A stretch of 64,000 nucleotides of DNA from Vulcanimicrobiota bacterium (GTDB lineage Bacteria > Vulcanimicrobiota > Vulcanimicrobiia > Vulcanimicrobiales > Vulcanimicrobiaceae). A program made the translations under genes and the position numbers. The stretch lies in assembly GCA_963833095.1 (NCBI GenBank), contig CAWHWQ010000001.1, positions 832,001 through 896,000 of the forward strand. Direction: 5' to 3'. Below the pieces are notes generated by a model. It was not told where the DNA came from. It searched no databases and worked only from the letters and a program-made list of their open reading frames with translations. Positions 1-11,025 of the stretch are shown here, one piece after another (the stretch's first letter is position 1; each line of letters begins with the position of its first letter).

Positions 1-2410
1 GACCAAGATGCGCATGCATCCGATCCTGATCTTTCCCGGAGCGATCGAGCGCCACGACGATATGGAGTGGGTGCCGCGTCCCAATGCTTCGCGCGTGCTC
101 GAGTGCCGGCCGGTCGAGCACTTCAATCGGCAAATCGAACTTTTTTCACAAAGCGTGCGCGAGTGGATCGCCGCCGGTGAGTCGTTGCACATCGTCAGCA
201 GCGCCGTGTCGCGCACAGCCGACCTGCTGCGCGCGGCGGGCATCGCCCAGGATCGGGTCGACGTCGTTCACGGATCGATCGAGGCTGGGTTTGCCATTCC
301 CGATCTGCGTCTGCGCGTGCTGGGAGATCGCGAGATCTTCGGCGCCCCGCCCAAGCGCGTCAAACTACGCGCCGTCAAAGAGGGCGTTCCGGTTACGCTG
401 GCCGACCTTCGGGTGGGCGATTACGTGGTGCACGCCGTGCACGGGATCGGTCAATACTTGGGTTTGCGCACCGAAACGATTTTGGGCGCGACGCAAGACT
501 ATCTCGATCTGGCCTACGCGGGTTCCGATCGCATGCTGGTCCCGGTCACGCAAATGCACCAGGTCACCAAATACTCATCGACCGAGGGGCAGCAGCCGCG
601 TCTTTCCAAGATGGGCGGTGCCGATTGGGCGCGCACCAAGTCCCGCGTCTCCGAGTCACTGGCAAAGATCGCCGACGGTCTCGTACATCTGTACGCCGAG
701 CGTGAGTTGAGCCGTGGTTTTCAATTCGGTCCCGACACGCCGTGGCAAGCCGAGATGGAAGAGGCGTTTCCGTACGAGCCGACACCCGATCAGGGCAAAG
801 CGATCGACGCGGTCAAGGGCGACATGGAAAAGGCCCAGCCGATGGATCGTCTGGTGTGCGGCGACGTCGGCTACGGCAAGACCGAAGTTGCGATGCGCGC
901 GGCGTTCAAAGCCGTCGCCGAAAAAAAGCAAGTCGCGGTGCTCGTGCCAACCACCCTGCTGGCCGATCAGCACTACCGCAATTTCAGCGCGCGCTTCGCG
1001 GGTTTTCCGCTGCGCATCGAAGAGCTCTCGCGTTTTAAGACCAAGGCTGAAGCGCGCGCAATTCTAGCCGATTTGGCGCTCGGAAAAGTCGACGTCGTCA
1101 TCGGCACGCACCGTCTCTTGCAAAAAGACGTCGCCTTCGCCGACCTCGGCCTCATCGTCATCGACGAAGAGCAGCGCTTCGGCGTCATGCACAAGGAGCG
1201 CCTCAAGGAATATAAGACCTCGGTCGACGTGCTCACCCTCTCGGCGACGCCGATCCCGCGCACGCTGCATATGTCGCTGATGGGTGTGCGCGATCTCTCG
1301 TTAATCCAAACCGCGCCGAAGAACCGCATGTCGGTCAAGACGGTGGTCGTACCGGCCAGCGATGCGATCGTCCAGCGCGCGATCACCGCCGAACTCGACC
1401 GCGGCGGTCAGGTCTACTATCTGCACAATCGCGTCGAATCGATTTTCGCGGTGAAGAACGCGCTCGAGCGGCTCGTCCCGCGCGCGCGCATCGCCGTCGG
1501 ACACGGGCAGATGCACGAGAACGAGCTCGAACCCGTGATGCAATCCTTCATCGACGGCGAGACCGACGTGCTGGTTGCGACCACGATCATCGAGAACGGC
1601 ATCGATATTCCCAATGTCAACACGATGATCGTGAGCGACGCGGATAAATTCGGCCTCGCGCAACTCTATCAACTGCGCGGACGTGTCGGTCGCTCGAATC
1701 ATCAGGCGTATTGTTATCTGCTCTACCAGGGGCACAAGGCGTTGACCGAAGAGGCCAAAGCGCGGCTCGAGGCGATTCGCGAATTCACTCACCTCGGATC
1801 GGGACTGCAGATTGCAATGCGCGATCTCGAGATTCGCGGTGCGGGCAACTTGCTGGGCGCTGCGCAGTCGGGATTCATCGGCTCGGTCGGCTTCGACACC
1901 TACTGCCAGCTCTTGGCCGACGCGATCGCCGAACGCCGCGGGATGGCTGCCTCGCTGGATGACCGCCGCGAGGCGGTGATCGACGTCAAGATCAGCGCCT
2001 TCATTCCAAACGATTACATCCCCCAGGTCTCGCAAAAGATCGCAGTCTATCAGCAGCTCGCCAAAGCCCGCTCGCAAATGGCAGTCGAGGAGATAGCCGC
2101 TGGGGTGCGGGATCGCTTTGGACCTCTGCCGCTACCGCTCGAGCGACTGGTGGAACTAACCAAGCTGCGGGCGATCGCTCTAGAGCGTCGGGTTACGCGC
2201 GTGGTCGTCGACGAGCGGCGCCTGACCCTAGGCGTAGGCACCGGGTTCGAGCTCGACCCGGCGGCTATTCCCAAGCTCCAATCGCTGACCAAGAACCGCT
2301 TTCGCTTCGCCGAGGGCAAGATCGTGGTCGACTTGCCCGCGCTGCCGGCCGCCGAGGCGCCCGAGACGACGTGGATGCCGTTGCTCAGAAAGCTCCTCGA
2401 AGCTCTTTGA
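1..2410 (+). CDS. mfd: Transcription-repair coupling factor (5' end outside the window)
   Basis: CarD-like region (VGDYVVH..HGIG), Walker A GDVGYGKT, DEEQRFG, TLSATPIPRTL, QLRGRVGR, C-terminal TRCF domain. Confidence 0.97.
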   Translation, partial: TKMRMHPILIFPGAIERHDDMEWVPRPNASRVLECRPVEHFNRQIELFSQSVREWIAAGESLHIVSSAVSRTADLLRAAGIAQDRVDVVHGSIEAGFAIPDLRLRVLGDREIFGAPPKRVKLRAVKEGVPVTLADLRVGDYVVHAVHGIGQYLGLRTETILGATQDYLDLAYAGSDRMLVPVTQMHQVTKYSSTEGQQPRLSKMGGADWARTKSRVSESLAKIADGLVHLYAERELSRGFQFGPDTPWQAEMEEAFPYEPTPDQGKAIDAVKGDMEKAQPMDRLVCGDVGYGKTEVAMRAAFKAVAEKKQVAVLVPTTLLADQHYRNFSARFAGFPLRIEELSRFKTKAEARAILADLALGKVDVVIGTHRLLQKDVAFADLGLIVIDEEQRFGVMHKERLKEYKTSVDVLTLSATPIPRTLHMSLMGVRDLSLIQTAPKNRMSVKTVVVPASDAIVQRAITAELDRGGQVYYLHNRVESIFAVKNALERLVPRARIAVGHGQMHENELEPVMQSFIDGETDVLVATTIIENGIDIPNVNTMIVSDADKFGLAQLYQLRGRVGRSNHQAYCYLLYQGHKALTEEAKARLEAIREFTHLGSGLQIAMRDLEIRGAGNLLGAAQSGFIGSVGFDTYCQLLADAIAERRGMAASLDDRREAVIDVKISAFIPNDYIPQVSQKIAVYQQLAKARSQMAVEEIAAGVRDRFGPLPLPLERLVELTKLRAIALERRVTRVVVDERRLTLGVGTGFELDPAAIPKLQSLTKNRFRFAEGKIVVDLPALPAAEAPETTWMPLLRKLLEAL

Positions 2411-2517
2411 ACCACCCCTCTCTAGAGGGCCTGGCTCGAGGCCGAACGAACCCCAGGCCCCATCGGCGGAGCCCAAAATGCTCCGCTTTCCTACGCACCG
2501 ACCTTTCCTAGTCTGGA

Positions 2518-3504
2518 GTGATCATGTCGAACCTCTCCCGCGTCGCCGCGGGTCTAGCCACGCTGCTCTTGGCCATTGCGGTCACCGCTTGTTCGAGCGG
2601 CGGCACGCTGGCGACCGTCAACGGGCAGGCCATCAGCACCTCGGAATTCGATAACAAACTCGAGGCGAGCCCGACCGCGATCTCGACGCTGCAGCAGATG
2701 GTCCGCGAAATTCTGCTCGAACAATACGCGCAGAAGAACAATATCACTGTGAGCGATGCCGACATCGCCGCGCGCGAGGATCAGATCAAAGCAAACTTCC
2801 CGCCGGGATCGTGGAGCGACATGCTCAAGTCGCGCGGCCTGACCGAAGACGACGTGCATAAGCTCCTACGCGATCAAATCATCATCGACAAGGCCGTCGG
2901 CAAGAACGTCAAGGTCTCCGACGCGCAGATCGCGGCATATTTCGCGAAGAACCACGCCTCGTTCGATAAGCCCGCGCAGGTGCAGGCGCGCCACATCTTG
3001 GTCGCCGATCTCAAGACCGCGCAGAAAGTCGAAACTGACCTCAAGGGCGGCGCGAACTTCGCGACCGAGGCGCAGAAATATTCGATCGATCCGGGCAGCA
3101 AAGACAAAGGCGGCGAGCTCGGTCAGATCCGCCACGGGCAGATGGTGCCAGCTTTGACGCAGCCGTGTTCTCACTGCCGGTGGGCGTGATTAGCGCACCG
3201 GTCAAATCGCCGTTCGGCTACCACATCATTCAGGTTGAAAGCCGTACGCCGGGCACGACCGCGACGCTAGCAAACACGAAGGACAAGATCGCCGACATGT
3301 TGCGTCAGCAACAGGAAGCGCCGTTGATTCAGCCGTTCCTTACGGATCTGCAGAGCAAGGCGAACATCCAGATCAACGATCCGCGGTTCCAGGCAGCCTT
3401 CCCGACGCCCGAACCGACGCGCCGGGCGGGCACCGGCCGCCGCCGCGCCCAACGGTGCAGCGCCCAACGGCGCGGTATCGCCGGCAGCGACCGCCACCCC
3501 GTAA
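2518..3504 (+). CDS. prsA: PrsA-like parvulin peptidylprolyl isomerase lipoprotein (two apparent frameshifts)
   Basis: Lipobox VTAC; ARHILV, SIDPGSKDKGGELG, PVKSPFGYHII split over two frames near 3150; Pro/Ala tail in a third frame ends at TAA 3502-3504. Confidence 0.88.
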
Positions 3505-3521
3505 CTGCCGTGTAAAGGTAG

Positions 3522-3540
3522 GGCCCCCGAATGGGGGCCT
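3522..3540 (+). terminator. GC-rich hairpin after prsA
   Basis: ggccccc-gaat-gggggcc followed by only a weak T-tract. Confidence 0.4.
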
Positions 3541-3566
3541 TCGCTCTATCTCGAACCAGATTTCGC

Positions 3567-4760
3567 ATGCTCGTTCGTATCGTTGGACTTGGACCCGGTG
3601 ACCCCGGATACCTGACGGTCGGAAGCCTCGACGCTTTGCGCGAGTGCTCGCGAGTGGTTGCGCTGCTCGCGCCCCCGGACTTGGTGAAGGCGCTCGAATC
3701 GAACGGCATTCCTGTCGATCGCGCGCTGATCCCCGACGCAACCTCGCTCGCGCACGGCAGTGCTGACGCAATCGCCCAGTTCGTCGCCGCGCTGAGTTCG
3801 CTGCCGATCGAAGCCCTCGGTCTTGGTGTCCTCGGTAATCCACTCTCCGATCTGCCCGGACTTCCGCCGCTCTTACGCGCACTCGAAGCGCAGGGTCATA
3901 CGACGCGCATCACCCCGGGGATGCCGCACGCAACGCTCTCCGCGGCGATCGCCATGCCGCTCGTCCCGTTGCCGCCGCAGTCGCAACATTATTCGTGGGA
4001 CGATCTCGTCGAGATCATGGCCCGTCTGCGTGACGGATGCCCCTGGGATCGCGAGCAAACGCATCGCACGCTGGTACCCTATCTGATCGAAGAGACCTAC
4101 GAAGTCGTCGAAGCCATCGAGGCCGAGGATCTGGGGGCGCTCTGCGAAGAGCTGGGCGATCTCTTGCTGCAGATCGTTTTCCACGCGCAACTCGGCTCGG
4201 AGACCGGCAAGTTCACCGTTGCCGACGTCGTCGACGCACTTTCCAACAAGATGGTCCGCCGTCATCCGCATGTCTTCGGCGACGCTGTGATCGAGGATGT
4301 CGATTCACAGTGGCGCAGTTGGGAGACGCTCAAAGCCCAAGAAGCCACCGGACAAAAGCGCAAGAGCCGGCTGGAAGGCATTCCTAAGTACATGGGCGCG
4401 CTGCAGCGCGGGCAGCGCATGCAAGAGAAAGCCTCGCGCGTTGGATTCGATTGGCCGAACATCGGCGGCGTGCTCGACAAACTGCACGAAGAACTTACGG
4501 AACTCACCGAGGCGCGGCGCCTCAAAGCCGATGATCCGCACGTGCGCGAGGAGCTGGGCGACGTGCTCTTTACGGTCGTCAATCTCTCGCGCGCGCTCGG
4601 CATCGACGCCGAGACCGCGATGCGTGAAGCCAACGAGAAATTCTACCGGCGGTTCGCCTTCATGGAAGAGCGCGCCGCCGCAAACGGCAAGACGCTTTCC
4701 GATCTCTCGCTCGACGAACTCGAGGAACTGTGGCAACTGGCAAAGACCCAAGCAGCATAA
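3567..4760 (+). CDS. mazG: YabN/MazG nucleoside triphosphate pyrophosphohydrolase with a degenerate methylase-like N-terminus
   Basis: IVGLGPGD N-terminus; [30 protein letters not shown], second EELGD. Confidence 0.93.
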   Translation: MLVRIVGLGPGDPGYLTVGSLDALRECSRVVALLAPPDLVKALESNGIPVDRALIPDATSLAHGSADAIAQFVAALSSLPIEALGLGVLGNPLSDLPGLPPLLRALEAQGHTTRITPGMPHATLSAAIAMPLVPLPPQSQHYSWDDLVEIMARLRDGCPWDREQTHRTLVPYLIEETYEVVEAIEAEDLGALCEELGDLLLQIVFHAQLGSETGKFTVADVVDALSNKMVRRHPHVFGDAVIEDVDSQWRSWETLKAQEATGQKRKSRLEGIPKYMGALQRGQRMQEKASRVGFDWPNIGGVLDKLHEELTELTEARRLKADDPHVREELGDVLFTVVNLSRALGIDAETAMREANEKFYRRFAFMEERAAANGKTLSDLSLDELEELWQLAKTQAA

Positions 4761-5137
4761 CCGCGTTCATTCGTCTGCGGATGAGCGCGCACGACGCGCA
4801 TTACGGCGGAAACCTCGTCGACGGCGCGCGAATGCTCGCCCTCTTCGGCGACGTCGCGACCGAGCTGCTTATTCGTCTCGACGGCGACGAGGGGCTGTTT
4901 GTCGCCTACGACAAGGTGGAATTTCTCGCACCGGTCTACGCCGGCGACTACATCGAAGCGCATGGCCGCATCACCGGCGTCGGCAACACCTCGCGCGCAA
5001 TGGAATTCGAAGCGCGTAAAGTGATCGCGGCACGAAGCGACGTGGGCGCGAGCGCCGCGGACTATTTGAGCGAGCCGATAGTCGTTTGCCGCGCGAGCGG
5101 CACCTGCGTCACGCCGAAAGATAAAAAACGCAAATAA
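4730..5137 (+). CDS. kal: Hotdog-fold protein, 3-aminobutyryl-CoA ammonia-lyase-like
   Basis: [38 protein letters not shown] signature; GTG start with GAGGA RBS. Confidence 0.8.
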   Translation: MATGKDPSSITAFIRLRMSAHDAHYGGNLVDGARMLALFGDVATELLIRLDGDEGLFVAYDKVEFLAPVYAGDYIEAHGRITGVGNTSRAMEFEARKVIAARSDVGASAADYLSEPIVVCRASGTCVTPKDKKRK

Positions 5138-5139
5138 CC

Positions 5140-5376
5140 CTTGTCATCCCGAGCGTAGGGAACGTAGTGACCGTAGTCGAGGGACCACAACTACCTACTG
5201 CCCTCGAAGACGCTCGTCGCATCACATCCTGTGCCGCTCCTGCTGCGCGAGTTTTGCGCCACAACCAAAGGAAGTTCGCATCCTGCGAATGGCGCAAAAC
5301 TTCGAGCCTTCTCCGGCCGCAGGTAGTTGTGCTTCCCTCGACTACGGCGCTTCGCGCCTACGCTCGGGATGACAAG
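5140..5376. mobile_element. About 237-bp non-autonomous palindromic element (MITE/REPIN-like)
   Basis: Two inverted units CTTGTCATCCCGAGCGTAG..GTAGTCGAGGGA at 5140-5184 and 5334-5376; internal inverted repeat gttttgcgcca/tggcgcaaaac. Confidence 0.75.
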
Positions 5377-5377
5377 A

Positions 5378-6768
5378 TCAAACCAGACGTGCGTGCGTTT
5401 TCTTCTTCCAGAAGAACTCGTAGTATGTAAACTGCGCGCACAGCATGAAGCAATAGTACGCCGGGTATCCGGCCCACACTCCGGGAAGACCGAAATGTTT
5501 CATGCAGAAATACGCCACGGGGACCTCGATCGCCCAGATGCCGACCAGGCCGTTGAGCGTGGGAACGAGCACCGTACCGCTACTGCGCATCACGCCGCTG
5601 ATAATCGCACTGTTTCCGAAGATCAAATACGACCAGAGCGTAATCATCAGCAGTTCATGCGCGATTTGTACCGTCGGCGGGTCGGTGATAAAGAGCTCCA
5701 ACAGCGGAGTAGCGAGCAGATAGCAAAGTGTCACTAGAATTCCGCCGACCGCATAGTTCAGGGTGACCGCCGAACGAATGACGCTGCCCAACTTATCCTC
5801 GCGGCGCGCGCCAATGCACTGCGCGCCAAAAATCGACGCGGCAATGCCGATGGAGATCGCGGGGAACTGCACGTAGTTGACGATCTGGTTGACCGCACCG
5901 TATGCGGCGGTTGCGTGGGGGCCATAGTGATTCACGAAGCTGATGATTGCGATCTCGGCAAGTGAGACCATGATGACCTGAATGCCCGTCGCGACGCCGA
6001 TCCGAATGACATTCCACAAGATATGCGGGTCGATGATCATGTCGCGGGCCATCTCGAGGTCGAATTTCAGCGGGCTCTTTCGACGCGCGAGCAAGACCAA
6101 GAGTCCGACAAGGCCGACGAAGTTCGCGATAATGCCCGAAACCGCGGCACTGACGACGCCGAGATGCGGCAGACCGAACCATCCTTGGATGAATGCCGGC
6201 GTAAAGAAGACCGCGAGCACGGAGCTTACGATCAGGAAGTAGAGCGGTGTCTGCGAGTCGCCGACACCGCGCAGAAACGTCGTATAGACCAGATAGGGAA
6301 AGATGATCGGCGCCGTGAGGAAGATCACGCGCGTGTAGTGGTCGGAATCCTGCAGAATGGCCGCAGGCGTGCCGAGTACCTGCAACATCCATGGCGAAAT
6401 CAGCGGGCCAACGATCGCGATGGCAATCGCAAAGAGCATCGTCGCGCCCAGAACGGTGCCCGCAATTTTCTTCACCTTGTGTTCGTCGCGCGCACCGAAG
6501 GCCTGGCCGATCAGGACGGTGCTGCCGCTGGCGATGCCGATCAGAAACGAGAACAGCAAAAAGACGACGGGGAATACTGCCGACACCGCGGCCAACGCGT
6601 TGACACCGATCATCCGTCCGAGAAAGATCGCGGCGAACGTCTGCGAAGCCGATTGCAAAATATTGCTGATCATCAGCGGCACAAGAAGATCAACAAAAGC
6701 TGCCACATCGGCTTGCTCTCGTCGAAAATGTTGACGCCCATGCGCCGGGCCGGGGTCGCTTGTGCCAT
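5378..6768 (-). CDS. MATE family efflux transporter (apparent frameshift near 6683)
   Basis: About 12 TM segments, LRGVGDSQTPL, IGQAFGA; a plausible N-terminus MAQATPARRMGVNIFDESKPMWQLLLIFL reads from ATG 6768 in another frame. Confidence 0.9.
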
Positions 6769-6857
6769 AAGCCCTACTCGTTGGCACGCGGGCGAGAAAC
6801 TCCCGGGACCCATAGCGCTGTTTTCTTAATCGTGCCGTGGTAAGCTAGGGCATTGCA

Positions 6858-7133
6858 ATGCGGTTGGATAAGTTCATGAAGATATCCCGTCTTTCGAAAC
6901 GGCGCAGCGAAGCGCACGAGGCGCTGGAACACGGCCGGATCACGAAAGACGGCAAGCCGCTCAAGCCCGCATACAATGTCAAGCCCGGCGACGTGCTCGA
7001 GATTCACTACGCGACCCGCTTCGTCACCGTGCGCGTGCTCGACGTGCCGCTGCGCATGACGCCCGGCGTCAAAGCCGCCGAGCTCTACGAAATCGTCGAG
7101 ACGCGCAAAGACGAACCGGCCGAATGGGTGTAA
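6858..7133 (+). CDS. S4-domain RNA-binding protein (YabO/Hsp15-like)
   Basis: MRLDKFMKISRLSKRRSEA..KPAYNVKPGDVLEI. Confidence 0.9.
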   Translation: MRLDKFMKISRLSKRRSEAHEALEHGRITKDGKPLKPAYNVKPGDVLEIHYATRFVTVRVLDVPLRMTPGVKAAELYEIVETRKDEPAEWV

Positions 7134-8014
7134 GTCCGGATGAGTGCGTCTCGATCTCCGCAGACACCAAGGACGCGCTGGCACGCGACATGCCGCAGGC
7201 GGCGCACTGCCGATCGGCGCTGCTCGCCGGGCTTGCGCTCTACGGCGCAACGCTGCTCGCACCGTCTTCGTCACGCATCGCAACGTCGATTGCGCGTCTC
7301 TTTTGGTCGCTGCTCGACGATCGAAAGTCGCATCCGATCGAGAGCGCGCGCGGCAACGCGCCTTGCGCGCCTGCCGACGTTCGCGATCGCGCTGCCCGCG
7401 CGGCTGCGCGCGCATCCGCCGAAGCCAACGCTCAAGTGCGACCGCTTGATGGAGATTCGCGCGGCTTTCCTGGCCTGCGGTTCGCTCGCCGCCGGAGCGC
7501 ACGGCTACCACTTGGAGTTCGTGCTGGCCGACGCCCGATCTCGCCGCGCGTCTGGCATGGATGCTCCGCAGCACCGGACGCGCGCCAAAACAGACGCTGC
7601 GTAAAGCGCCGCGACGTGCTCTACTACAAGGACTTCGAAGCGATCGTCGAGCGTGCTGACGCTGATCGGCGCGTTCGCCGCCGTGCTGCATCTCGAAGAC
7701 GTCCGCGCGTTGCGCGAGACCAAGAACCGCATCCATCGCTGGTCAATACCGAGGCCGCCAATATGGAGCGCGCCGCCGCCGCCGCCGCCGATGCAGCGGC
7801 GGACCATCGAATACGTGGCCAACGCCTACGGCTCTGCGAGCTTTCGCCGGCGCTGCGCGAGATCGCGGAGCTGCGGCTGGCCCATCCCGACGAGTCCCTG
7901 GCGGAGCTTGGGGCGCCGTTGCAATCCGCCGATCGCCAAGCCCACGGTCAGCAGCCGCTTGAGCGCGCTGAGCCGGCTGGCCGGCGCGCCTGCGCAGCGG
8001 CAGGGGCGCGCTAA
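7124..8014 (+). CDS. whiA: DNA-binding protein WhiA (multiple apparent frameshifts)
   Basis: Fragments [57 protein letters not shown] spread over frames. Confidence 0.85.
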   Translation: MGVSPDECVSISADTKDALARDMPQAAHCRSALLAGLALYGATLLAPSSSRIATSIARLFWSLLDDRKSHPIESARGNAPCAPADVRDRAARAAARASAEANAQVRPLDGDSRGFPGLRFARRRSARLPLGVRAGRRPISPRVWHGCSAAPDARQNRRCVKRRDVLYYKDFEAIVERADADRRVRRRAASRRRPRVARDQEPHPSLVNTEAANMERAAAAAADAAADHRIRGQRLRLCELSPALREIAELRLAHPDESLAELGAPLQSADRQAHGQQPLERAEPAGRRACAAAGAR

Positions 8015-8042
8015 CCACGGCCCGGTATGGTTGCGCAGGGCT

Positions 8043-9061
8043 ATGCGCATCGGGATCAACGGCTTCGGCCGCATCGGCCGGAATTTTGCCAAGGCGCTGC
8101 TGCGAGCGCCATCCGCAACGTCGAGATCGTCGCCGTCAACGACCTCACCAGCGCCGCCGAATGCGCGCACCTCTTCAAGTACGACAGCAACTACGGGACG
8201 TTCGCGGCAGCGTCAGCGTCGACGGCGACACGATCGTCGATCGACGGCAAGCGCATCAAAGTGCTGGCCGAGCGCGACCCGGCAAGCTGCCGTGGAAGGA
8301 TCTCGGCGTCGACGTCGTCATCGAATCGACCGGCCTCTTCACCGATGCCGACAAAGCGCGCGCGCACATCGACGGCGGCGGCGCCAAAAAAGTGATCATC
8401 TCCGCGCCGGCCAAAGGCGAGGACATCACGATCGTGCTCGGCGTCAACGAGAACACTACGATCCCGCCAAGCACAACGTGATCTCGAACGCCTCGTGCAC
8501 GACGAACTGCTTGGCGACCGGCGGTAAAGCCGATGGTCGATCATCTCGGCTGGGTCAAGGGGTTCATGACGACGATTCACTCGTACACCAACGATCAAGA
8601 ACATCCTCGACGCGCCGCACAAGGACATGCGCCGCGCGCGCAACGCCGCGACCAACATCATGCCGACGCTCGACCGGCGCCGCGAAAGCGCTCTACCTGA
8701 CGATTCCCGAAGTCAAAGGCACGTTCGACGGCTTCGCGCTGCGCGTGCCGACGCCGACCGTCTCGATGATCTATCTCGTCGCGCACGTCAAGAAGGCGAC
8801 GACCCGAGACGAGCTCAACGCGATTCTCCGCGCCGAAGCCGAAGGCCCGCTCAAGAAGTACGTCCAGTACACCGAGGAAGAGCTCGTCTCGAGCGACTTC
8901 AAGCGCATCCCCACAGCTCGATCATCGACGCAAAGCTGACCAACGCCAACGGCGACCTGATCCAGATCGGCGCGTGGTACGACAACGAGTGGGGCTACTC
9001 GTGCCGCCTCGCCGATCTCACGGCGATGGTGCTCGCAAAGCTTCCGAGCAGAGCGTGTTGA
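8043..9061 (+). CDS. gap: Glyceraldehyde-3-phosphate dehydrogenase type I (apparent frameshifts)
   Basis: [43 protein letters not shown]. Confidence 0.95.
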
Positions 9062-10272
9062 ACTTTCGCACTCTCGACGACCTCGACGTGCGCGGCAAGC
9101 GCGTGCTCGTTCGCGAAGATCTCAACGTTCCGCATGGAGGACGGGAAGGTCGCCGACGACACGCGCATCGACGCGGCGCTGCCGACGCTGCGCTGGCTGC
9201 ACGAACGCGGTGCGCGCGACGATCGTGCTGTCGCACCTCGGCCGGCCCGAGGCCCGAAGCCCCTCCGGGGCACCTCAGGGTGACATGCTCAAGTATTCGC
9301 TGCGACCGGTCGCGGCCGCGCTTGCGCAGCGGCTCGGCAGCCGGTCGCGTTCGCCGACGACTGCGTCGGTCCGACGCTGCGGGAGCGCGGTCGCACGCTG
9401 TCACGACGGCGACGTGCTGCTGCTCGAGAACGTGCGCTTTCACGCCGGGGAGGAGCGCAACGATCCGGCGTTCGCTGCCGAGCTCGCCGAGCTCGGCGAC
9501 CTCTACGTCAACGACGCGTTCGGTACCGCGCATCGCGCGCACGCCTCGACCGAAGGCGTCGCGCACCTGCTGCCAAACGCGGCCGGACTCTTGATGGAAG
9601 CCGAACTCGCCGCGCTCGCGCGGCTGACCGACGATCCGGTCAAGCCGTTCGTGTGCGTGATCGGCGGCGCGAAGGTCAAGGACAAAATCGGCGTGTTCAC
9701 GCACTTGATGAACAAGCGTCGACGCGTTCTGTATCGGCGGCGGCATGGCGAACACGTTTCTCGCCGCGCTCGGCATCAACGTCGGGAAGTCGCTGCGCGA
9801 CGACGATCTCGAGCCGGCGCGGCGATTCTCGACGCTGCCGCGCACAGCGGCGTCGCGCTGCACCTGCCGACCGACGCGGTCGTCGCGACCTGCGTTCGAT
9901 GCCGATGATCGGGCGCACACCGTCGCGATCGACGCCGTCGGCGACGCGATGATCCTCGACATCGGGCCCGCGACCGCCGCAGGCGTATGCGGCGGTATCA
10001 GCGCGCGCAAGACGATCGTCTTCAACGGCCCGATGGGCGTCTACGAGAAAGCCGCCGTATCGAGACGGCACGAAGGTCGTCGGCGAAGCGATCGCGCGCG
10101 CGACAAGCGCGCGGCGCGACCAGCGTCGTCGGCGGCGGCGATGCGGCGGCGGCCGCGCACGTGCTGGGCTTCGCCGCGGCGATGACGCACGTCTCGACCG
10201 GCGGCGGCGCGACGCTCGAGTTTCTGGAGGGCAAGACGCTGCCCGGCGTCGCGGCGCTCGGAACGAAGCTGA
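9055..10272 (+). CDS. pgk: Phosphoglycerate kinase (apparent frameshifts)
   Basis: [55 protein letters not shown]. Confidence 0.95.
9246..9285 (-). repeat. Palindromic REP-like unit inside the pgk coding sequence
   Basis: Reverse complement TGTCACCCTGAGGTGCCCC-GGA-GGGGC; lengthens the HLGRP...KYSL loop ([12 protein letters not shown]). Confidence 0.5.
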
Positions 10273-11025
10273 TGCCGCGCACGATCGTCGCCGGCAACTG
10301 GAAGATGCACAAGACCGCCGCGGAGACGCGCGCGTTCTTCGATGCCTTTCTTCCGCTGCCGCCGAGCTTCCCGAGCGCATCGACATCGTCGATCGCTCCG
10401 CCGTTTACCGCGCTCGCCACGGCGCCGAGATCTTGCGCTCGGCACCCGCGCATCGCGCTCGGCGCGCAAACGATGCACTGGGAACTGCAAGGCGCGTTCA
10501 CCGGCGAGATCAGCGCGCCGATGCTGCTCGAGTTCGGCGTGCGCTACGTGATCCTCGGCCATTCGGAGCGGCGCGCGTACTGCGGCGAGACCGATCGCAC
10601 CGTCAACTTGAAAGTGCAAACGCGCGCTCGCGCACGGCCTCACGCCGATCGTTGCGGTCGGCGAGACGCTCGAGGAACGCCAAGCGGGGCATACGGACGA
10701 GCGCGTCATCGCGCAGACCGCGCGGCCTTCGACGGCGTCTTGCCCGCCGACGAGCTCGCGCGCGTCGTTGTCGCCTACGAGCCGATCTGGGCGATCGGCA
10801 CCGGGGCGAATTGCGAACCGTCGAAGCCGATCGCGTGATGGGCGCAATTCGCAGCTGCGTCGCCGGGCTCGAGCGACGCGCCAATGCTCTACGGCGGCAG
10901 CATGAAGCCCGACAACATTGCCGTCGTACGCTGCGCAGCCCAACATCAACGGCGCGCTGGTCGGCGGCGCAGCGCTCGATCCGCAACGCGTTCGCGATGC
11001 TGATCGAAACGCCGCGCGACGATGC
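10272..11025 (+). CDS. tpiA: Triosephosphate isomerase (apparent frameshifts; end approximate)
   Basis: [40 protein letters not shown]. Confidence 0.93.
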
